DNA of 24,000 bases from Serratia sp. UGAL515B_01. Its GTDB lineage: Bacteria > Pseudomonadota > Gammaproteobacteria > Enterobacterales > Enterobacteriaceae. The stretch is from assembly GCF_033095805.1 (NCBI RefSeq), contig NZ_CP109901.1, positions 3,011,766 to 3,035,765 on the forward strand, in the 5' to 3' direction. The notes under the pieces were generated by a model. The model was not told the origin of the DNA, searched no databases, and was given only the letters and a program-made list of their open reading frames with translations. Positions 18,735-24,000 of this stretch are shown in pieces. The position numbers and the translations under genes were made by a program. How positions within the stretch are numbered: position 1 is the stretch's first letter; each line of letters begins with the position of its first letter.

Positions 18735-18938
18735 CAATTTACCTTGGATGAGCAACGACTAGATCGCTGTCCCCCGTCATACTACAAGTTACAGGGGTTT
18801 TGGCTGCATTTTTGGCCTATCCAAGGGCCTAGTACCTTTGGGGGAGGTGCCACTGCAAGCGGTGTTAAACTCGTTTCCCGACAAAGCACCTATCCGCCCT
18901 AATTACAGAGGAAAAAGGAAAGATTTAAAAGCCATAAC

Positions 18939-18973
18939 CCCGGTCAATTCAGTTTTTACCGGGCTTTTACTTT
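18939..18973. terminator. Weak bidirectional hairpin between the polymerase-like pseudogene and the convergent immunity-like ORF
   Basis: CCCGGT (18939-18944) pairs with ACCGGG (18958-18963) across a 13-nt loop. cttttacttt follows on the + strand and ttatggctttt on the - strand. Confidence 0.35.
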
Positions 18974-19322
18974 AAAGTTGTTGATAACGCTCATCTTGTA
19001 AAATAAGTGGTTGTATTTCTTCCTCCCACATACGCTTCTGATATGATTGTCCCTCCGTTGGCTCTGTTCGGTTATGAATACAGTCCTTAATCGCTTTTAC
19101 AGCCAAATTAAACTCTTCTTTACTCAACTCACTAAAACTTATCTGATCCAAGGGTAGGTACATCATTATCTTTTCGTGTATATCCGGATGATTCGCCTGC
19201 AATGCCTCATCGAACAATGTTTCTAAAGCATTAGAGGCCGTTCGGTTAAGTCCTACCGTAAGACCCCTTTCACCATAGTTGTTATTATATGCCTTGCACC
19301 CTATATCAAAAAAAGAACCCAT
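18972..19322 (-). CDS. Small acidic protein, immunity/antitoxin-like partner of the upstream 402-aa ORF
   Basis: The ATG at 19322 lies 2 nt after the upstream TGA (19327-19325). It is preceded by GAGGTG embedded in the last codons of the upstream gene. An alternative GTG at 19328 would overlap the stop. The product is 116-118 aa, rich in Glu/Asp, with predicted helical character and no family I can name. Confidence 0.6.
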   Translation of the reverse strand: MGSFFDIGCKAYNNNYGERGLTVGLNRTASNALETLFDEALQANHPDIHEKIMMYLPLDQISFSELSKEEFNLAVKAIKDCIHNRTEPTEGQSYQKRMWEEEIQPLILQDERYQQL

Positions 19323-19324
19323 AA

Positions 19325-20533
19325 TCACCTCATAATAATAAATTTTTCTTGTTGATTTTTAGGTAATGTTTTTATGTAATCCATAAACACTTTCTGGTTA
19401 GATGGTGTCAATACACTAAAATCAACAGGAACTATGTCCGCTTTCCCTAAATGGTCAAGGATTTGTTTTTGACCAATTGGGATTTCCCCATCAGTTCTCG
19501 TCACAGTCATGTTTTTCTCAAAGAACTTGTTTAGTCCATCAACTTCTTTTTGGGATAAGTTCTTTGTTGTATACATAAAATCAACAGTTTTTCCTGCATT
19601 AGGACCACTACTTATAATAAAATCAGCAGTTTTCCCCCCAGTATCAGGTGCTCTTTCTAGGGGCCCTAGCTTATTTTCCAGTCTTGCCGCAGCCGCGGCT
19701 TCTGCTGGATTGTACTTCCCATTGCCATTTATATCTGGTGTATTCAAGCGTTTTTGGCTTTCCAGAGGAGTGGAGTTTATTTTTGTTTCATTAATCCCAT
19801 CGGCATTCTTGGTGAGTGATAGCTTTGAACCCATGCGCCTTGCACCAAGTAGGGCACTAGCAGCCACTGCAGCACCTGCCGTTTTCTCATTCAGTACCTG
19901 ATCGAACCCTTTAGCAGCATCACCCCCCAGCTTTTTAGCAGTATCTGCAAACATTTCAGGGTTCTGGTTATAAATGCCTCCAGCAGCCAGTAAGCGACCT
20001 GCATTAGCGCTGTTTATCGTTCTCAACGGCGCTTGTGCTTGTACTGGGCTTTCTCCGCGCCTGAATTGATTCATTGGTGTTGGACGCGGTTTTCCGTTTG
20101 TTGTCCGGTAGTCTCGCCTAAGGACTGACTGATCGTATTGAGCAATAATCTTTTTTGTCCCCTCAAAACGAAAAGCCATAGGGTCAGTGCAAACCAGCTT
20201 ACCGCCTTCATTGATATAAAACAGGTTTGCCGGGCCGTAGATATCACTCAACATCACCACATCACCGGAAAACACCATTTTTTCCAGTTTCTCTTTTTCA
20301 CGTAGGCCGCGTGAAGCAGTGCGGTGCTGAACAGTACGATCTTCACGCATATTGATGATATAGCGACCCGTACCATAACCCTCATCAAACACATACTCTC
20401 GACAAATCCGTGACCAAGCCCTATGAGCACTGATTATGCGTTCAAACTCTTCAGGGGCAAGATTATCGTTCGGTAGATAGTACAAATAGATACCGGGCAA
20501 ACTCAGGCTCACTGTTACCTCCGTGTTAAGCAT
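19325..20533 (-). CDS. Three-part protein of unknown function (globular N-domain, Ala/Gly/Asn-rich linker, about 100-aa C-terminal toxin-like module)
   Basis: 402-aa intact ORF. An in-frame stop at 20581-20579 limits any upstream extension, and no SD precedes the ATG. The C-terminal module (EAAAAARLENKLG...TADFIISSGPNAGKTVDFMYTTK...) has an E / D / D...K layout reminiscent of PD-(D/E)xK-type toxin domains (weak). It is coupled to the downstream small ORF. Confidence 0.7.
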   Translation of the reverse strand: MLNTEVTVSLSLPGIYLYYLPNDNLAPEEFERIISAHRAWSRICREYVFDEGYGTGRYIINMREDRTVQHRTASRGLREKEKLEKMVFSGDVVMLSDIYGPANLFYINEGGKLVCTDPMAFRFEGTKKIIAQYDQSVLRRDYRTTNGKPRPTPMNQFRRGESPVQAQAPLRTINSANAGRLLAAGGIYNQNPEMFADTAKKLGGDAAKGFDQVLNEKTAGAAVAASALLGARRMGSKLSLTKNADGINETKINSTPLESQKRLNTPDINGNGKYNPAEAAAAARLENKLGPLERAPDTGGKTADFIISSGPNAGKTVDFMYTTKNLSQKEVDGLNKFFEKNMTVTRTDGEIPIGQKQILDHLGKADIVPVDFSVLTPSNQKVFMDYIKTLPKNQQEKFIIMR

Positions 20534-20634
20534 TCGTAAAATGGACTTAACACTAGCACACTCAGAAAGCCTGGAAAATCATAAAACATCGTTAGGGTAT
20601 CAGGTAGTAACACGCTGTCATTAGTCCTGCTGCG

Positions 20635-20662
20635 AGTCAATGACCTTCTTAACTCATTGACT
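20635..20662. promoter_or_regulatory. Perfect 9-bp inverted repeat (operator or hairpin candidate)
   Basis: AGTCAATGA (20635-20643) and TCATTGACT (20654-20662) are separated by 10 nt. The repeat lies 20 nt downstream of the integrase-remnant stop and about 100-130 nt upstream of the 402-aa ORF. No U-run follows on either strand. Confidence 0.3.
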
Positions 20663-20681
20663 TAAACACATCAACACAAAA

Positions 20682-20870
20682 TCACTTTTTCAACGTATCG
20701 AGATAATCCGCCCATTTTTGCAGCCAAACCTTACACTCAGCCTCGTAGCGGTAGAGATCGTAAGTGCCTTCGATACCCTTACGTGAATGGCCTAAAACGG
20801 CTTCAGCGACCTCACTGGGACATCCAAGACGTGCCAAGCCAGTACGCACTGTTCGGCGTATGTTCTGATA
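20682..20870 (-). pseudogene. C-terminal remnant (about 62 codons) of a P4/CP4-57-type tyrosine integrase
   Basis: The minus-strand translation is QNIRRTVRTGLARLGCPSEVAEAVLGHSRKGIEGTYDLYRYEAECKVWLQKWADYLDTLKK*. This is the R-box, the LGH-box and the catalytic-Tyr tail of P4-type integrases. There is no start codon, and the frame is closed by a stop at 20880-20882. It is not in the ORF track. Confidence 0.8.
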
Positions 20871-20882
20871 TGTAGAGTTTTA

Positions 20883-21269
20883 TTATATATTACCAATCAT
20901 CTGTGATATCTCATGTATTCTTTTTTCAGTCATGTCAGAAATGCAGTTGTTTATTGCAAATGAATGAGTTCGGCTGTTTTCTTCTATATGAAAAGCGTAA
21001 ACATCACATGTGGAATTCATGTATTCAATCCATTTTGATTGTGACATCTTAACTTTTTCCAGTAATTTATTTCCTAAAACAATATCCGCAGAATAGCTTT
21101 TGTTTATCTCACTAATATATAACTCGTACTCTTTTTTTAGCTTTAAACTAACCTCATCTTTTTTTTGATAAGAACATACATAAGCCTGATTGGAATCAGT
21201 AATGTTATTACAATCGTCTTGAGCGTAAACCCCAAAGGAAAAAAAGCATATAATTATAAATTTCTTCAT
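20883..21269 (-). CDS. Secreted DUF1311 / LprI-like (lysozyme-inhibitor family) protein
   Basis: Signal peptide MKKFIIICFFSFGVYA/QDD. The four-Cys pattern and the helix signature (C..I.....AYVC ... LKKEYELYISEI ... QSKWIEYMNSTC ... NNCISDMTEKRIHEI) are typical of DUF1311. The SD GGAGAG lies 7 nt upstream. The gene is very AT-rich. Confidence 0.75.
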   Translation of the reverse strand: MKKFIIICFFSFGVYAQDDCNNITDSNQAYVCSYQKKDEVSLKLKKEYELYISEINKSYSADIVLGNKLLEKVKMSQSKWIEYMNSTCDVYAFHIEENSRTHSFAINNCISDMTEKRIHEISQMIGNI

Positions 21270-21330
21270 CTCATACTCTCCAAGTATTTAATTCTTTGCC
21301 TTCCCGGTTCATCATTTAGTGGTAGCGTAC

Positions 21331-21924
21331 TCAAACCGGAGTAACAATGATGCGTGAGCAGATCTGCCTCATTAATGCCATTTGATGACTGAAAATAATT
21401 ATGCTCAGCTTGCGCTGCTGGGATTCGATAATCAATCGCTGCCAGATGTCTTTTTGAATAGGGGGATCGAGTTGCGCAGTGACTTCATCAGCAATCAGCA
21501 ATCGCGTACGCGGATCAAGTGCACGCAAAAGCGCTATGCGTGCCAGTTCACCGCTAGAAAGCTGGGCGGGTTTACGCATCAACCACTCTGGTTTGACATG
21601 GAGATATCCCATCTGCTTCTCATCTGGATGCCAGGCGTCGCCTAGCGCCTCTCCTGTGGTGCGATAGGGATTAAATGTCTGTTCAGGATGCTGGGGTACT
21701 AACTGGACGGGACAATAACCTTGCTTCGGCAAAGGGAGACCATCCAGAGTAATTTGTCCCTGTCGATATGTCTGCCAGCCCGCTAACACGCGGCCTAAAA
21801 TTGTTTTTCCGTAACCGCTCGGTGCGGAAATACCTAACCGCTCACCGGTTGCTAAACTAAAAGAAAAATTTTGCCAGAGCAGGCGTTCATCCTGCTCAAT
21901 TGTTAGTTGAGAAACACAAAACAT
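21331..21924 (-). CDS. ABC transporter ATP-binding protein (short DppF/NikE-like subunit)
   Basis: Walker A APSGYGKT, signature LSSGELARIALLRAL, Walker B LLIADEVTAQLD. I prefer the ATG at 21924, which shares one base with the upstream TAA (TAATG coupling). The product is 197 aa. Confidence 0.9.
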   Translation of the reverse strand: MFCVSQLTIEQDERLLWQNFSFSLATGERLGISAPSGYGKTILGRVLAGWQTYRQGQITLDGLPLPKQGYCPVQLVPQHPEQTFNPYRTTGEALGDAWHPDEKQMGYLHVKPEWLMRKPAQLSSGELARIALLRALDPRTRLLIADEVTAQLDPPIQKDIWQRLIIESQQRKLSIIIFSHQMALMRQICSRIIVTPV

Positions 21925-22730
21925 TACGTACTCCCTGCACAACCTGACAGGCTCTCATCAGGAAACAAGCTGTAGTATTCCGGTAGGGCCAACCAGTGCC
22001 GACGTAGCGTCACACTTCCGCCTCCGTTTTTTAATTCAGAAATCGAGATATCATCGCTAATCCGACCTCCATTGAGCGCGACGATGCGGTCGGCATAACG
22101 CGCCGCCAATGACAAATCATGTGTTACCCATAATACGCCTGCCCCTTGAGCACTCAGATCGCGTAGTTGTTGTAATAGCTGGCATGCCAATGGTTCATCA
22201 AGCCATGCGGTAATTTCATCCGCCAGGATGTAGTGCGCGCCACCTAATGCTGCATTACAGGCCAACACACGCTTTGCCATTCCACCGGATAACTGCTTGG
22301 GATATTTCAGCAGAATATCTGTCTGAAGCTGAAAGTGTTTGATCTGTTGCTCAAGCGCTAGCACGCAAGAATGCTTTCCGCTCAATTGCAGACTACGCTT
22401 CAACTGGGTGCCCACTTTCAGTAAAGGATTGAGCGAACTTACCCCTTGTGGTACGTAGCACAGCGTGTTTCCACGTAGCTTTTTACACTGCTCCAAATTA
22501 AGTAATTTACCTTCGAGCCTGATCTCTCCGCTCATACGCAAATTTTCCGGCAGTAGGGCCAAAGCACTTTGCAGCAAGAGGCTTTTGCCTTCGCCACTGC
22601 CGCCCACCAAGGCTGTAATTTCACCGCGCTCTAAGCTCAGATTAATATCGCTGAGGATCGGTGATAGCTGTTTATGTCCGAACCAGTTGTAGTAAACATT
22701 TTCAACAGAGACATGCCTGAAATTTAACAT
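21924..22730 (-). CDS. ABC transporter ATP-binding protein (DppD/NikD-like subunit)
   Basis: Walker A GGSGEGKS, signature LSGGMAKRV, Walker B YILADEITAWLD. I prefer the ATG at 22730 (MLNFRHVSVENV), which overlaps the permease stop by 7 nt. Confidence 0.9.
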   Translation of the reverse strand: MLNFRHVSVENVYYNWFGHKQLSPILSDINLSLERGEITALVGGSGEGKSLLLQSALALLPENLRMSGEIRLEGKLLNLEQCKKLRGNTLCYVPQGVSSLNPLLKVGTQLKRSLQLSGKHSCVLALEQQIKHFQLQTDILLKYPKQLSGGMAKRVLACNAALGGAHYILADEITAWLDEPLACQLLQQLRDLSAQGAGVLWVTHDLSLAARYADRIVALNGGRISDDISISELKNGGGSVTLRRHWLALPEYYSLFPDESLSGCAGST

Positions 22731-23536
22731 GATTGATTCCTCAACCACAGGTAGTGGATCGCACGAACACATTGATCAAACAGTAAAACAATCAACAAAA
22801 GCATCAGGCCGGGAAACACAGCCAACCACCAGCTCCCATTACTGAGAAAACGCAAAGCATCTGACAGCAAAATCCCCAGCGATGGTTCATGAGGAGCCAG
22901 CCCGAAACCCAGAAAACTTAGCGCGGCACTATGCAAGACCGCATGAGGGAACATCAGAAGAGTGCCAACGAACCACTGCGCCGATAACGCCGGTAGATAA
23001 TGAGTTCGCCAACAGTACCAACGACTATTCCCTATCCGCTGAGCCAGCGTTATGTAATCACTGGTGCGAATGCGTTGTGCTTCTGCACGAAGTATTAACG
23101 CCAGCTTTGGCCAGTGGGTTAAGGCGACGGCTATAACCACGCCTTGCTTACCGCCACCAACGGTAAAGCAGATTAAGACAAGTAATAATAAATGAGGTAA
23201 TGAAAGCAAAGTGTCGATAACTAACCGTAGCGTCTGATCGATAGAGTGATGGATTAAGGTAAGGCTGGCGGCCAACATCGCAATGATCCCGCTGCATAAT
23301 GCTGCGCCAATACCAATTTGCAAACTGGTCAATGTGCCCTGAAAGCAACGCAACCACAGGTCACGTCCCATATTGTCGGTGCCAAACCAGTGCGCAGCAC
23401 TCGGTGGCTGATAGCGCGCTAGAAGATCGATCGGTATGTCTGCTGACAGCAAAGAAATACCATATGCGGTCAACAGACAGAGCAGTAAGGCGGACAAAGT
23501 AACGCGTAGCAAGGCTGGAACGGGATTATTTAACAT
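22724..23536 (-). CDS. ABC transporter permease (DppC/NikC-like)
   Basis: 270 aa, polytopic. It has the N-terminal HWFGTDNMGRDLW motif and the EAA-loop region (ITLAQRIGNSRWYCWRTHYLPAL) typical of peptide/nickel/opine-family permeases. The start shares one base with the upstream stop. Confidence 0.9.
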   Translation of the reverse strand: MLNNPVPALLRVTLSALLLCLLTAYGISLLSADIPIDLLARYQPPSAAHWFGTDNMGRDLWLRCFQGTLTSLQIGIGAALCSGIIAMLAASLTLIHHSIDQTLRLVIDTLLSLPHLLLLVLICFTVGGGKQGVVIAVALTHWPKLALILRAEAQRIRTSDYITLAQRIGNSRWYCWRTHYLPALSAQWFVGTLLMFPHAVLHSAALSFLGFGLAPHEPSLGILLSDALRFLSNGSWWLAVFPGLMLLLIVLLFDQCVRAIHYLWLRNQSC

Positions 23537-24000
23537 TATTTATGTTCCAAGATGCGGTTCATTCTTGCCAATAACCGCGTGGCGAGAGTATTGCCACAAA
23601 ATACCAACAAGGTACTAAACAGCACGATCCCCATTAGCAGAGGAATATCGCCGCGTAGCCCTGCGTCAATAGTGGCTTGCCCTAAGCCGGGATAGGCAAA
23701 TATTTTTTCTGCCAGTAAAGATCCGCCGAAAAATTCACCTATCGAAGCAAACTGCAGGCACAAAGCAGGAGTCAGCGCGTGGCGAAATACTTGCACGCGT
23801 AATAATGACCAACCTTTATCGCCCTGAGCCCGAGCATAGTGCACAAAATCACTGCTCATTACTTCAGCAATTTTTTCCCGTGTATGTAGCGCGATTTGTC
23901 CGAAGCCCATCAAGCTCAGCGCAATCATTGGTAGAATTAAATGATGGATGCGGTCGCTAATACTGGCGTCCTGCGCGTTACTGCCCGGTTGCCAAGCGCA
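23536..24000 (-). CDS. ABC transporter permease (DppB/NikB-like); 5' end outside the window
   Basis: The frame stays open upstream of the listed M at 23928 to the window edge (...ISDRIHHLILPMIALSLMGFG...). The EAA-loop-like region is DFVHYARAQGDKGWSLLRVQVFRHAL. Confidence 0.9.
   Translation of the reverse strand, partial: CAWQPGSNAQDASISDRIHHLILPMIALSLMGFGQIALHTREKIAEVMSSDFVHYARAQGDKGWSLLRVQVFRHALTPALCLQFASIGEFFGGSLLAEKIFAYPGLGQATIDAGLRGDIPLLMGIVLFSTLLVFCGNTLATRLLARMNRILEHK

Noticed and set aside
17073-21330. Search for a tRNA/tmRNA gene or att direct repeats that would define the island's integration site
   Set aside because: I saw no cloverleaf-compatible sequence and no flanking direct repeat of 15 bp or more. 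The attachment site appears to have been deleted together with the integrase N-terminus. Scanning by eye is not exhaustive.
1-24000. CRISPR arrays, rRNA genes and long tandem repeats
   Set aside because: No regularly spaced direct repeats or rRNA-like conserved blocks were seen anywhere in the window.

Overview
This is a chromosomal window from an enterobacterial genome. Gene order, three ERIC-type repeats and an IS200/IS1541-type transposase point to Yersinia or a close relative, but that is inference only. The core is the conserved ftsB-ispD-ispF-truD-surE-pcm-nlpD-rpoS cluster on the + strand, convergent with mutS on the - strand. The left flank carries accessory housekeeping genes: a partial NDP-sugar pyrophosphorylase, an orphan ClpP paralogue, roxA/ycfD, a GT9 heptosyltransferase, TspO and a LysR regulator, interspersed with ERIC-type MITEs. 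The right flank is a translationally coupled Dpp/Nik-type ABC importer operon that runs off the window. Three places depart from the conserved layout. (1) A 665-bp AT-rich insertion separates truD from surE. (2) An IS200/IS605-family element fills most of the rpoS-mutS spacer. (3) The most interesting is a decayed, AT-rich island of about 4.2 kb between mutS and the ABC operon (17.1-21.3 kb). The island holds a C-terminal remnant of a P4-type integrase and a multiply frameshifted gene whose product carries family-A (Pol I/T7-like) polymerase motifs in the right order and spacing. It also holds an intact 402-aa, three-part protein coupled to a small acidic ORF (toxin/immunity-like, with no recognisable delivery domain) and a DUF1311/LprI-like secreted protein. 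I found no rRNA, tRNA or CRISPR array. All functional calls rest on motif recognition by eye and recalled homologues; no database search was run.
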